Positions 29,701 to 37,028 of a stretch of DNA of 62,749 nucleotides are shown here, piece by piece. Position 1 is the first letter of the stretch, and each line of letters opens with the position of its first letter. The DNA lies in the IMG/VR virus record IMGVR_UViG_3300042346_001094, positions 1-62,749 of that record; one strand, given 5' to 3'. The translations under genes and the position numbers were made by a program. The notes beneath the pieces are model-generated. The model saw only the letters and a program-made list of their open reading frames with translations, had not been told where the DNA came from and searched no databases. The DNA comes from a virus (lineage: Duplodnaviria > Caudoviricetes).

Positions 29701-29901
29701 GCGGCAAACGCGGTCAGCGCAAACGAAATCGCGGCAAACGCGGTAACGGCCGGAAAGATGAGCGTTTCCAGCCTTTCTGCGATCACTGCAACTATTGGCA
29801 CGCTGCGCACCGCCGCAACGGGCGCTCGCACCGAAATCAAAGACAACTTGATCGAAGTGTATGACGCCAACCGCGTGCGCGTTCGAATAGGTATTTGGTG
29901 A
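23779..29901 (+). CDS. Tail tip/central fibre (lambda I+J-like) with FnIII-like domains and a long repeat shaft
   Basis: IPRIFG, SNPAW, FnIII-like segments, 10-aa AGAVTAAKIA repeats. Confidence 0.85.
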   Translation: MTEIQSAVREAINPQIPVVVHPHPFATDVKLMVALEGQSISTVVEKAGFPAVYRQYLRVWIGDEEIPVESWDSTFITDGQNIYLRVVPQKSGKDIFRAIAMVVITAVAFSVAGPAGLNLGGSLASSLGVTSAIGTSIITGLVAAGIATIGYLALNALVPPPGLRNNQQDEKYRLTGSSNQFAPYANIPRIFGKRRLFPLLAARPYSEVQGDDEYLRIALVVGWGPLEITNIRIGETPITAFSGVEYEIREGWANDQPLTLFTRTVTEDNFAIRLEPFNSTNYYSGIPGYAGDYYTYDPNTDSYSGAVTSTTNQWAQRTTAINAVEFSVDVSFPQGLFKFDSKGNKQNTTVTFEVQYSPAGQNNWTNAVWENNFETGFGTAGQITVTAAESSAVRRSGRVVLPASGQYDVRIRRTTVEQDSKHVDLAWWTALRTIKADYPVNQKNLALIALRIKASGQLNGVPQTINCDAESYLPVRSGGTWSMQKTSNPAWAFADLLRRRAGETYIDDSRIDLPAIESWAAACAAQAPNASEPRWTFNHVLEGGSIIDSLKVVASNARALYTMRDGKHSVVRDIQQSVPVQHITPRNSSGYAGSKVFVEYPHALRVLFTNAANGYQPDERIVYDDGYTAANATRFETLELQGCTSATQAFREARYHMAVAKLRPEQHVVTMDIEALRCTLGDLVMFSHDAIGIGIMATRIKARTTSGGNVTTVTLHDDVYFEAAKTYALRVRLIDGSSVLVPVNNPGAGYATTLTLTTPLAIASAPDVGDLCVFGESTLEMAPMIVRKIEPGENFQVTLTLVDAQPGVYTADTGTIPAFNSYITLQSPPGAGRVPPAYISVVRSDDSATQIAPDGTLTFRIFAQLDIVRGTYPERVAHYELQWRQQGNPAWQSMQVDKAQPSAFIAGVTVGKAYEIRARSVSESGSESNWTPVVTHTVVGKTNFDNLPTGLSATAIPGAISLAWTNPTSDDFWQVEVYENTSNNSATAAKIAETSTTGYVRTSLTAADGVRYYWLKAVDTSGNKTAFVGPVSTTAANKGLYITLTNDSIALPATSAGMVTSYAGADGVMALFDADSDVTGAATVFATGTSCTGTINTAADTPVAGKPKGYYRVTEVTSDSALLTLSASYNGQTITRLFSITRVRAGADGNGAGEDAVSIVASRTAIALPATSSGDVASYADAEGTLRVFSGSQEVTDAATFSAVGTGVTGTINTAVDTPVAGKPKGYYRVTALAGDAGSLTLSATYNGVTLTTIFSITKVKAGVDIVSSLPTTGLTQGRVVFLTTDNKLYRYTGTAWTAAVPAADVTGQIVAAQIANEAITTAKFAAGIEPVAVVSSVPGTKSTNQIFNTTDGKLYRWNGTAYVATVPAADITGQLANAQIEAVAASKVTGQLTNAQIEAVAAAKVTGQITSTQITDGAISTAKLAAAAVTANELAANSVVAGKISAGAVSTAELAAGAITTAKIAAGAVTAAEIAAGSIITSKLAAGAVTANELAANSVVAGKISAGAVSTTELAANAVTTGKLAAGAVTANEIAANAIVAGKISAGTITAAELATNAVTADKILAGAVTAGKISVNSLSAISADLGTVTAGTVQTAASGYRVQISSGGSFPIWYGTGAINDANGLFYVKTDGTIFYKGALGAGIVGVSQFASGLRPIETVSSLPTAGTAGRIVFLTTDNKLYRDTGTSWTAAIPATDISGTIADAQLAGLAASKITGQLTNAQIADLAAAKISGQLTNAQLADIASTKITGQLTNAQIADIAAAKVSGQLTDAQIQSVATAKLSGQITSTQITDGAISTAKLSAGAVTANEISAGAITAGKIAANAVTAAEIAAGAITTAKIAAGAVTAGEIAANAITSAAINAGAITTAKLAAGAVTANEIAANAVTAAAISAGAITTAKIAANAVTAGEIAANAVTAAKISAGAVETAKLAAGAVTANEIAAGAVVAGKIAANAVTATEIAAGAVVAGKIAANAVSANEIAANAVTAGKMSVSSLSAITATIGTLRTAATGARTEIKDNLIEVYDANRVRVRIGIW

Positions 29902-30209
29902 TGCCTGCTGGGATACAGGTGTGGGATGCGAGCGGCAATCTCATTATGAACTTTGATACGACCTTGGTGAAGCTTCTGGGCGTTTTGTCCGTTGGGACGA
30001 GCTACACCGGAACGCAACAAAGCGGGTCGGTTACTGACACAAGGTTTACGGCCTACGCAGGACACACACCGTTTTATACGGCAGTAGGTGCGGCGCTTGC
30101 CAATGACAATGCGGATGTTCAGGTTTCGATTTCGGGCAACGTGCTGAGTTGGAGCTATCCGGGAGCGACTGGAAGACCAGATCGCACCATCCTATACGGA
30201 ATTTATTGA
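29901..30209 (+). CDS. Tail tip accessory protein
   Basis: MPAGIQVWDASG; follows the J-like gene. Confidence 0.65.
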   Translation: MPAGIQVWDASGNLIMNFDTTLVKLLGVLSVGTSYTGTQQSGSVTDTRFTAYAGHTPFYTAVGAALANDNADVQVSISGNVLSWSYPGATGRPDRTILYGIY

Positions 30210-30210
30210 T

Positions 30211-30984
30211 ATGCCAGTTGGCTTCGAAGCATACGACGCGAACGGAAAGCTGCAGTTCAATGATTCGATGTTCTGCTACTTCCTGCGCAAAACCGGAAGC
30301 GGAACTACCGACAACTCGACAATCGGCAACACCGATCCGTCAAAAATCACACTGCCTGCAACCGGCTATACCAACCCGATAATTGCGATCCAGTGTTCTG
30401 CGGCGGTGTCGTTCTACGGGCTGTTTGGCGGGAACTATTACTGGCTGTGCAGCGGTGCAGCAGGAACATCCTTCAACTATTTCGTCTACGACAGATCAAG
30501 CACCATCCCCGCATCGAATTTCGGCTTGGAAGTCGTCGATGCAAACGGCGCAATCACGTTTTCGTCGAACTATCGGCCGATGCAGGTGCTATCGCTACTT
30601 AACAGCGTTACGTATCCGTACTGGGGCGGCCCATTGGGCGGAACAAACCAGCCAAGCGTAACGCACACAGGGAAATCGCTGGCAGTTGCGCAAGGCGAGA
30701 CAGGCGCACATCTATACGCTGGGCCAATCGATTACTACCTTGGCGGCACGATTACGCTCGATCCATTTAACTACGACGCCACCGGGTATCAGAACGATGC
30801 CAAGGTGTATGGCGCTAACGTAAGCAACTCAAACCAAACCGCCACCGTAGATTGGGTGAGCTTCGACGACGTATACATTGGGCCACAAGCTGGCGATGTG
30901 TACGTTCCGCCAGACTTCCAGCGCCAGCCGCTGATTTTTGTTTGCGACGTAACAGGCGTGCCGATTGGCACAACGTTTTTTTAA
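30211..30984 (+). CDS. Tail tip accessory/receptor-binding protein
   Basis: GFEAYDANG and FGLEVVDANGAITFSS repeats. Confidence 0.65.
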   Translation: MPVGFEAYDANGKLQFNDSMFCYFLRKTGSGTTDNSTIGNTDPSKITLPATGYTNPIIAIQCSAAVSFYGLFGGNYYWLCSGAAGTSFNYFVYDRSSTIPASNFGLEVVDANGAITFSSNYRPMQVLSLLNSVTYPYWGGPLGGTNQPSVTHTGKSLAVAQGETGAHLYAGPIDYYLGGTITLDPFNYDATGYQNDAKVYGANVSNSNQTATVDWVSFDDVYIGPQAGDVYVPPDFQRQPLIFVCDVTGVPIGTTFF

Positions 30985-31003
30985 TCCACAACGAGGAAGC
31001 ACA

Positions 31004-31573
31004 ATGGCTCTTCAGAATGAACCGGCACGCGCTGAACGTGTGATGCCTCCCCGCATCATTGGCGTGCTGGGCGTGGCGGGCTCTGGCAAGACGCTAGTTT
31101 CCCGCCACCTCGTCGAGCAGCACGGGTACGTGCGCACGCGATTCGCAGAGCCGATCAAGGCCATGCTGCGATCCATTGGGCTAACGGATGCGCAGGTGGA
31201 CGGCGATGAAAAAATGCAGCCGCTGCCTGCCTTTGGCGGCGCGACGGCGCGATCGATGATGCAAACGCTGGGCACCGAATGGGGCCGCCGCGTAGTGCAC
31301 ACCGACATTTGGGTGAACCTCTGGTTGCGAGATATCGCCGCCATCAGCAGTCCGATCGTGGTGGACGATGTGCGCTTTCCCAACGAGGTGGCCGCCATCC
31401 GATCGCTGGGCGGCACCATGTGGCGCGTCTACCGGCCGGGGCTCAGCACGGGCGACCACGCCTCAGAGCGGATGCAGCGCCACATCGAAGAGGATGAGCT
31501 GATCACCAACGCCACCACCATCCCTGCGCTGTTCGCCAGCGTCGATTACCTCATCGGCAGGCATTTGGCATGA
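31004..31573 (+). CDS. Deoxynucleoside monophosphate kinase
   Basis: GVAGSGKT, FAEPIK, QTLGTEWGR, DDVRFPNE, HASE. Confidence 0.85.
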   Translation: MALQNEPARAERVMPPRIIGVLGVAGSGKTLVSRHLVEQHGYVRTRFAEPIKAMLRSIGLTDAQVDGDEKMQPLPAFGGATARSMMQTLGTEWGRRVVHTDIWVNLWLRDIAAISSPIVVDDVRFPNEVAAIRSLGGTMWRVYRPGLSTGDHASERMQRHIEEDELITNATTIPALFASVDYLIGRHLA

Positions 31574-31875
31574 GCCGCCTGCCACCGCCTGCCACCTTTA
31601 CCGAAGGCCAGCGCCTCGCAGCTCTCTGGCTGGCCGCGTTTGCCGGGATGTTCTGCGGCCTGTTCGTGATGGGGCTTGTGCTCATCCTGTGGCTTGGCGA
31701 ATGGCCGCCAGCGACGGCAGCGCAGCGCATCACCGTGTTTGGCATCACCATCGGCGGGCTCGTGTTCGGAATGCTGGCCGTCATCCTTGGGTTGCTTGTC
31801 GGCGGGCCGGTTGGCCGGTTCACCGGCAAGATCGGCAAGGACGGGCTCACGATGGAAGCAGAGGATCAGAAATGA
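31570..31875 (+). CDS. Putative holin (2 TM segments)
   Basis: Two hydrophobic helices; directly upstream of the spanins. Confidence 0.55.
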   Translation: MSRLPPPATFTEGQRLAALWLAAFAGMFCGLFVMGLVLILWLGEWPPATAAQRITVFGITIGGLVFGMLAVILGLLVGGPVGRFTGKIGKDGLTMEAEDQK

Positions 31876-32249
31876 TTATCGGAATGCAGGCGCGAATGTA
31901 CGCGCTCGTGGCCGTGATCGTTCTGGCGCTTCTGGGAGGCTTCTGGGGCGGCTGGCAGATACGGGGCTGGCTTGCCCATTCGCAGGCGCTTCTCTCCGCC
32001 CGTGCGGCTGCTGAGGCGCGGCAATTGCTGGAGGTGCAGCTAAACCAGAAGGCCGCCGACTACGAGCGCGTGCGTGCGGAACTCGACGCACGCCTTGGCC
32101 AAAACACCACGAAGATTCGGGAGATCTACCGCAATGTCGAAGTCCCTGCTGATTGCGCTGCCCCTGCCGCTGCTCGCGGGCTGCTCGTCTCTCTGGGCGC
32201 AACGGGAGCCCCAGCCGCCGCCGCTGATCCCGCCCAACCTAACCGCTGA
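31872..32249 (+). CDS. i-spanin (Rz-like)
   Basis: N-terminal TM, coiled coil, C-terminal Cys; overlapped by a lipoprotein gene. Confidence 0.7.
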   Translation: MIIGMQARMYALVAVIVLALLGGFWGGWQIRGWLAHSQALLSARAAAEARQLLEVQLNQKAADYERVRAELDARLGQNTTKIREIYRNVEVPADCAAPAAARGLLVSLGATGAPAAAADPAQPNR

Positions 32250-32394
32250 GTGCCCGGTACTGCCTCAGCCGCCAGATCCGCTGATCGATCCGGCGCGGCT
32301 GGAATGGGAGGCTACGGTGGTGCTCAAGTACGAGGATTGCCGCGCTCGCCATCGAGCTTTAGCCGACGCATCCCAAGCAGCGCCAGCTCGATAG
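32134..32394 (+). CDS. o-spanin (Rz1-like lipoprotein)
   Basis: Lipobox LLAGC, Pro-rich, two further Cys. Confidence 0.75.
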   Translation: MSKSLLIALPLPLLAGCSSLWAQREPQPPPLIPPNLTAECPVLPQPPDPLIDPARLEWEATVVLKYEDCRARHRALADASQAAPAR

Positions 32395-32524
32395 CCTTGG
32401 GCACTGGCAGTTCGCCCAGCACGTAGCGGCGCATCGTGCGCTCGTTGATCCTAAGCAAACGGGCCGCGCCGCGCTGGGACAGGCCGCACTCTGCAAGCAA
32501 CCGCCGTATGTCGTCGCGGGTCAT
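32324..32524 (-). CDS. Small HTH (Cro/XRE-like) protein
   Basis: GLSQRGAARLLRINERTMRRY..G..PVP. Confidence 0.75.
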   Translation of the reverse strand: MTRDDIRRLLAECGLSQRGAARLLRINERTMRRYVLGELPVPKAIELALLGMRRLKLDGERGNPRT

Positions 32525-32757
32525 ACCTCACCCCTCGCCCGAATCGCGATGGCGCAGTAATAAGAAGCCGTTGCCTGACCGTTACGCCATTCGTCACTAC
32601 CGTCTGCCCATTTGTCTCCATTTTCCTCACACACCTTTGCACACGCCTCTCTTTCTTGGGCTACAGCAAGCGCGGCTAACTTCACTTCCAAGTCAGACGG
32701 CTTGAGGACTGCGCCAAAATGTTCTAGCGCCATGCGGATGATGTCATCGCGGGTCAT
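32521..32757 (-). CDS. Hypothetical early protein
   Basis: EREACAKVCE...AIAIRARG motif common in phage early genes. Confidence 0.65.
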   Translation of the reverse strand: MTRDDIIRMALEHFGAVLKPSDLEVKLAALAVAQEREACAKVCEENGDKWADGSDEWRNGQATASYYCAIAIRARGEV

Positions 32758-32879
32758 CGCAGCCACTCCACAACCGTCACGGCCAGCCAAATGATTGCCC
32801 CAACCGGCAAGCCGATCACAAAGGCTAACACCAAAAATATCTCACCCCACGTAGGGGGGACAAAACCACCTACTGGCAT
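32754..32879 (-). CDS. Small membrane protein
   Basis: SD GAGGAG; single TM helix. Confidence 0.5.
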   Translation of the reverse strand: MPVGGFVPPTWGEIFLVLAFVIGLPVGAIIWLAVTVVEWLR

Positions 32880-32880
32880 A

Positions 32881-33051
32881 TCAACTCTCCTCTTTGTAGT
32901 ACACATCAATGTCGTTGCTTTCGCAGTTTGGGCACACATCGCCTTCGAACAGCGTCACCCACTGTGAGCCGATGCCGTAATCGATCACCTCGCGCTCTTC
33001 GATGTATGCAGGCTCGTCGAACAGGTGCTCGCACTTGTTGCACACGTGCAT
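32881..33051 (-). CDS. Small Zn-finger protein
   Basis: CNKC...CPNC. Confidence 0.6.
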   Translation of the reverse strand: MHVCNKCEHLFDEPAYIEEREVIDYGIGSQWVTLFEGDVCPNCESNDIDVYYKEES

Positions 33052-33064
33052 GGCGTGCTCTTGC

Positions 33065-33365
33065 AAGGGGCGGCTTACGCCGCCACCTCTGTAGCGTGGG
33101 AGTAAAACACTGCGCGGCTGACGCGCTTGCCGTTGATTTTGAACATTGCAGTCGGTGTCGGCAGCCCGTCGTAGCATTCGCGGTTTGTAACGAAATATTC
33201 AACCGAATAAGTGGTGTCGCCGTACACCGCGCTTTGCGCCGGTCGCTTGTCTTCGCTCGGGATAAATTTCGCCGCCCATTCAATCTGATGCAATTGGTTG
33301 CGGGTAGGTTTTGTCGTATTCATCTTTAATACTCCTATAAAAGGGGCGGCTTACGCCGCCACCTC
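33065..33365. repeat. 25-bp direct repeat (33065-33089, 33341-33365)
   Basis: AAGGGGCGGCTTACGCCGCCACCTC twice, at the 3' ends of consecutive genes. Confidence 0.9.
33075..33323 (-). CDS. Hypothetical early protein
   Basis: SD AGGAG; ends EVAA. Confidence 0.65.
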   Translation of the reverse strand: MNTTKPTRNQLHQIEWAAKFIPSEDKRPAQSAVYGDTTYSVEYFVTNRECYDGLPTPTAMFKINGKRVSRAVFYSHATEVAA

Positions 33366-33593
33366 CTGCTTGATTGCGATGCGGTTGCGCAGGATGGTCG
33401 TGCACTTGGCGATCGCATCCTCTTCCGAATTGAAGGTGAACTGCCTGCCGTTCAGTGGGTCGGTGCAAGTCCAGTCCCTGCCTTCAGCAGCAACCCACTT
33501 GCCATCGAGCTGCCAGATCAGCACGCCAGCATCAGCAACGCGATCGATAACGTAGATGTTCTGGCAATCCTTCAGAATTTCGATGTTGCTCAT
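33351..33593 (-). CDS. Hypothetical early protein
   Basis: SD AGGAGG; first gene after a strong promoter; ends EVAA. Confidence 0.7.
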   Translation of the reverse strand: MSNIEILKDCQNIYVIDRVADAGVLIWQLDGKWVAAEGRDWTCTDPLNGRQFTFNSEEDAIAKCTTILRNRIAIKQEVAA

Positions 33594-33633
33594 TTCCCTT
33601 TCCTCCTAGCGGCACCGCGCCGCCGATGGGTGA

Positions 33634-33662
33634 ACTATAGGGCGCTACGCCCTACAGGTCAA
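33634..33662 (-). promoter_or_regulatory. Sigma70-type early promoter with a palindrome in the spacer
   Basis: TTGACC-N17-TATAGT; TAGGGCG-CTA-CGCCCTA at 33638-33654. Confidence 0.75.
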
Positions 33663-33806
33663 CAGGTTTTATCATCCCGATGAGAAAATATCTGGAGCGT
33701 TCACTCTGCGGTTAGGGCTGTGCCGGGTGAGGTAGTTGGGTTTGCTCACTCTAGGCATCCGGTGGAGGCGACACATTGCTGCTCGCCACACCCGGCACAG
33801 GTTGTT

Positions 33807-34202
33807 TTAGGCTTCGGTCGGCTCTTCCGATGCGACCGCTTCAAGCCGGAGCACTTCAACCACCTTGCGCTCCGGGTTCTGGGCGACGACTACGCTGCCA
33901 TTGCCCCACTTGGCCACGCCGCGTGAACTGGCGGCTTTCGAGACCACGTGCAGCTCGAACGGGCCAGCAGGAATCTCCGCGTAGCCGCCCGGCATCAACG
34001 CGTCGAGGTGCGGGCCGATGTGATCGCGCAGCGCGCCCCACGAGTGCAACCGCCGCCGCTTGACCTTGCGCTCCTGCTCAACTACCAACGTGCCGAACTC
34101 TTCGCCGCCCGGCATGATAATTTTGAATTGCGCACCACTGGCGGAGATGACCGCCAGAGCTTTTTTGAACACGGCGCTATCCGCGCCAATCTTCTCGCCC
34201 AT
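33807..34202 (-). CDS. Hypothetical protein
   Basis: SD AAGGAGG; 131 aa. Confidence 0.7.
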   Translation of the reverse strand: MGEKIGADSAVFKKALAVISASGAQFKIIMPGGEEFGTLVVEQERKVKRRRLHSWGALRDHIGPHLDALMPGGYAEIPAGPFELHVVSKAASSRGVAKWGNGSVVVAQNPERKVVEVLRLEAVASEEPTEA

Positions 34203-34279
34203 TTTTTTTCCTCCTTCCGGCCCATGTGCCGGGGTTGGCGAGACAATAGGGGCGCTGCGCCCTATTTGGAAGTAGTTTC

Positions 34280-34295
34280 TATCATTCCCATGATA
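34280..34295. promoter_or_regulatory. Palindromic operator TATCA-N6-TGATA
   Basis: TATCATTCCCATGATA, intergenic. Confidence 0.7.
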
Positions 34296-34347
34296 CTTTC
34301 AGATTGGCCAACCACTGTGCGGTTGGATGCCGCGGTGGTGATGCGCT

Positions 34348-34563
34348 TCATTTGGAAAGAGTGACCGGCGTGCCGGGGGCATATTCTGTGGTGGCGCTAC
34401 GATCGATCGGCAGAAGATAAATCGTCACGGCCACGCCGCCATTTCGGCGCACGGTTACAGACGCAATCGTGCCGCGCAGTTCCGCGGCGCGTGATCCGGG
34501 CATACGCATCTGCTCGCAGAGCCGGTCAATCAATGCGCGCACTTCAGCCAGTCGGTTTTTCAT
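34348..34563 (-). CDS. Hypothetical protein
   Basis: Translationally coupled operon member. Confidence 0.5.
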   Translation of the reverse strand: MKNRLAEVRALIDRLCEQMRMPGSRAAELRGTIASVTVRRNGGVAVTIYLLPIDRSATTEYAPGTPVTLSK

Positions 34564-34781
34564 CGCTTACCCCTCACCCGTCGAGCAACGATCTCAATTG
34601 CCCGTCGAATGCGGGCCACGTAGCGTGCGCGCCGAAACTCCGTGCGCAACTTGCGATCGTCAACGGTAGCCCGTAGCCGGAACAGCTCCTTGCGGTACAC
34701 CTCGACGGTAAACTCCAGCGCTGCAACTCGCTTTTCGAGCGCCTGTATTGCAACAGCGCCGAACTCGTATTCGTTGGTCAT
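34560..34781 (-). CDS. Hypothetical coiled-coil protein
   Basis: ATGA overlap. Confidence 0.55.
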   Translation of the reverse strand: MTNEYEFGAVAIQALEKRVAALEFTVEVYRKELFRLRATVDDRKLRTEFRRARYVARIRRAIEIVARRVRGKR

Positions 34782-35254
34782 CCGCGCATCTGCTCAATCA
34801 GCGGGGTGAGATCCGGCTTCTGCCAGCCCGGCGGCTTGAGCACTTTGCCATCCTCGCGCCGTCGCACTTCGTACACGTGCCCCTGCCCGTTGCACACGCG
34901 GCAAGGCTCGTCGCCTTCTGCGGTTGCCACGGTGCCTGTAGCGCCACACGCCACACACGGGTGCTTGATCTTGTCGATGTTCGATTGGTGCACCACATCC
35001 CACAGCGCCTGCGGATCGAGGTTCAGCGCGTGCAGCAGCCCGGAAAGCACGTAGACGCAATCGAGCGCTTCCTTGGCCACCTCGCCAATCGCCTCTGCAG
35101 AGTCGGGCTCTGCCTTCATCTTGATCAGCGCTTCCGCCAACTCGATGTACTCTTCGCCCACTAGCTTCTCGTACAGCGCCGCCGTGTCCGGGCCCGGCTT
35201 CTGGCCGAAATACCCCATGAACGATTTCTGATCTTTGAAAACGAGGTAACTCAC
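34778..35254 (-). CDS. MazG-like (all-alpha) NTP pyrophosphohydrolase with a Zn-finger insert
   Basis: EEYIE...KEALD, VHQSNIDK, REDGKVLKPPGW; CVAC/CRVC insert. Confidence 0.8.
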   Translation of the reverse strand: MSYLVFKDQKSFMGYFGQKPGPDTAALYEKLVGEEYIELAEALIKMKAEPDSAEAIGEVAKEALDCVYVLSGLLHALNLDPQALWDVVHQSNIDKIKHPCVACGATGTVATAEGDEPCRVCNGQGHVYEVRRREDGKVLKPPGWQKPDLTPLIEQMRG

Positions 35255-35352
35255 TCGCCGCTCTCCCTGTGATTAGCCGCCATCAGCGCGGCGACGAAAA
35301 ACCCAAACACAAACCCCGAATAAAACAGCCCGACCGTAAGCAGCAGGCTCAT
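35251..35352 (-). CDS. Small membrane peptide
   Basis: Coupled overlaps on both sides; one TM. Confidence 0.45.
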   Translation of the reverse strand: MSLLLTVGLFYSGFVFGFFVAALMAANHRESGE

Positions 35353-35735
35353 GCGGCACCTCTCCACGCGGACACCTTGCGATACAGCATCAACTTGCGA
35401 GCGTGCGCCTTCGGATCTTTGCCATTTGCAATCCCAATGTGCTCGATGACGCGATAGCGCAGCAGGTTGCGAATCTGGCCACCGATAACGCTGCTCCATG
35501 CGTTGGGGTGATGCGGCTCCGCAATGCCTGCAGCCTGTGCGGCCAGACGGATATCCTCGCCAGTGAACGCGCTTTGCACGCTCTGGCAGTTGATCCAATC
35601 GATGGCAAACGTAATCACCGCGCCTTTCCAATCGGCGGCGGAGTTGTCGGCCACGCGCTGCATCCCTGCATCGCGTAGCCGACGCCCAGCGTCGAAGTTC
35701 AGCGCCGCCTGTGCGGGCTCAGAACGGAATGTCAT
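35349..35735 (-). CDS. Hypothetical protein
   Basis: GRRLRDAGMQRV, FTGEDIR, PHHPNAW phage motif. Confidence 0.65.
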   Translation of the reverse strand: MTFRSEPAQAALNFDAGRRLRDAGMQRVADNSAADWKGAVITFAIDWINCQSVQSAFTGEDIRLAAQAAGIAEPHHPNAWSSVIGGQIRNLLRYRVIEHIGIANGKDPKAHARKLMLYRKVSAWRGAA

Positions 35736-36036
35736 CGTTCAGTTCCTCCGCTCCCTTCGGCTTTTGGGCTTGTGCCTGCTGCGCAGGCCGTGAGTTGCCG
35801 CGCTCTTCGCGTGCGAACACGCTCAGATAAATGGGCCTAGAGGTGTCGATTCCCGCAGCGCTCATTTGCATGAGCACAGACGGCGCAAGGAACATGGGCT
35901 CAATCGCCAGCAGTTTTGCTCCGTCATCCTTCACCATTTCGGAGCCAACTCGCGTGTACCGGCCGCGCTTCTGGCCATTGCCGTCCGTGTACTCGCCAGT
36001 CTTGATCGAAACATCACCTACCAATTTCATTGCCAT
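35719..36036 (-). CDS. Putative single-stranded DNA-binding protein
   Basis: Acidic DDIPF tail; within the recombination module. Confidence 0.65.
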   Translation of the reverse strand: MAMKLVGDVSIKTGEYTDGNGQKRGRYTRVGSEMVKDDGAKLLAIEPMFLAPSVLMQMSAAGIDTSRPIYLSVFAREERGNSRPAQQAQAQKPKGAEELNDDIPF

Positions 36037-36289
36037 CGCTTACCACTCCATCGTTGCTTGAATTGCCCAGCAGATCGCCGGGCGCTACACCCATGTGATT
36101 CGCCGCTTGCACGAGCAGATCGACGCGCAGCATTCGCGCTCCGTTTTCGTGCCAGCGAATCGTGTTAACGCTTACGCCCAGCACCTTGGCCAGATCGCGC
36201 AGCCACACCTTCCGCGCTCGACGAGCGGCTTTGAACCGCTCGCCAAGCGCAGCTTCGAAATCACCCCGTGGGGTTGGAACCGTTGCCAT
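36014..36289 (-). CDS. XRE-family HTH regulator
   Basis: LGERFKAAR..LRDLAKVLGVSVNTIRWHENG. Confidence 0.8.
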   Translation of the reverse strand: MATVPTPRGDFEAALGERFKAARRARKVWLRDLAKVLGVSVNTIRWHENGARMLRVDLLVQAANHMGVAPGDLLGNSSNDGVVSDGNEIGR

Positions 36290-37028
36290 CAGTCGCCTCT
36301 TCGAACGCGCCCTCGAACTCCGCCGCTGCAGGCGCAGCGTCGGCTTGCGGATCGGGCTTGCCGCTTGGAACGTTGGCGAACCCGTCGAGCGCCGCCTTGG
36401 CATCGCGGGCTGGCGCGACCTGCGGGCGTGGGGTTACATCGATCGCCTCTCGAATGCGATCGGCTTCGTCTGGGTCGTAGATGCCCACGAACCCGAACGC
36501 GAGCCGGGCGCACTGGATCATCGCCTTGTGCCGCAGGAAGCGGCTTGTGTGCGACTGCCACGGGCCGTTTGAGGTGTACCCCTTGTCGCTCTTGAACGGC
36601 GGGCGGTAGCACTCGCTGAAGCGCTCACGCACAGCGATGGCACGCGAGCGATCCTTGCGGTAGATCCGGCACTCAATCCATTGCGGGCAATCCTTGTGCT
36701 CGCTACTCTTCACAATGTCGTCGCTCTCAACGAACTCCATGCCGTCGAACTGCGGGTGCGAGTTAATGATGCGCGACCAACCATCAAGGCCGACCACTGG
36801 CACGATGCCGTTTTTTTTGTCTGGGAAGGCGTAGATTTCCTTCGTCCACGGGTTTAGGTCGTACTGGTTCGCCACCACCAGCAGAGCCATCATCTGCTCG
36901 TTGCTCACATCGCCTTTGAAGGCCGTCGCCTTCAACGTGTGCAGCATCTTGTCCGGGTCAACGCCGTACTTGCCCGCCATCGTTGTCAGCAGGCTTGCCT
37001 TCTTCTCAATCTTCGCCACCGCGTTCAT
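36261..37028 (-). CDS. bet: Red-beta/RecT-family annealase
   Basis: LLVVANQYDLNPWTKEIYAFP, VVGLDGW, LRHKAMIQCARLAFG..GIYDPDEA. Confidence 0.9.
   Translation of the reverse strand: MNAVAKIEKKASLLTTMAGKYGVDPDKMLHTLKATAFKGDVSNEQMMALLVVANQYDLNPWTKEIYAFPDKKNGIVPVVGLDGWSRIINSHPQFDGMEFVESDDIVKSSEHKDCPQWIECRIYRKDRSRAIAVRERFSECYRPPFKSDKGYTSNGPWQSHTSRFLRHKAMIQCARLAFGFVGIYDPDEADRIREAIDVTPRPQVAPARDAKAALDGFANVPSGKPDPQADAAPAAAEFEGAFEEATDGNGSNPTG

Noticed and set aside
28000-29770. 30-bp periodic repeats resembling a CRISPR or satellite array
   Set aside because: They are degenerate, in-frame coding repeats with no unique spacers and no cas genes
33718-33800. tRNA gene
   Set aside because: No T-loop GTTCRA or cloverleaf on either strand
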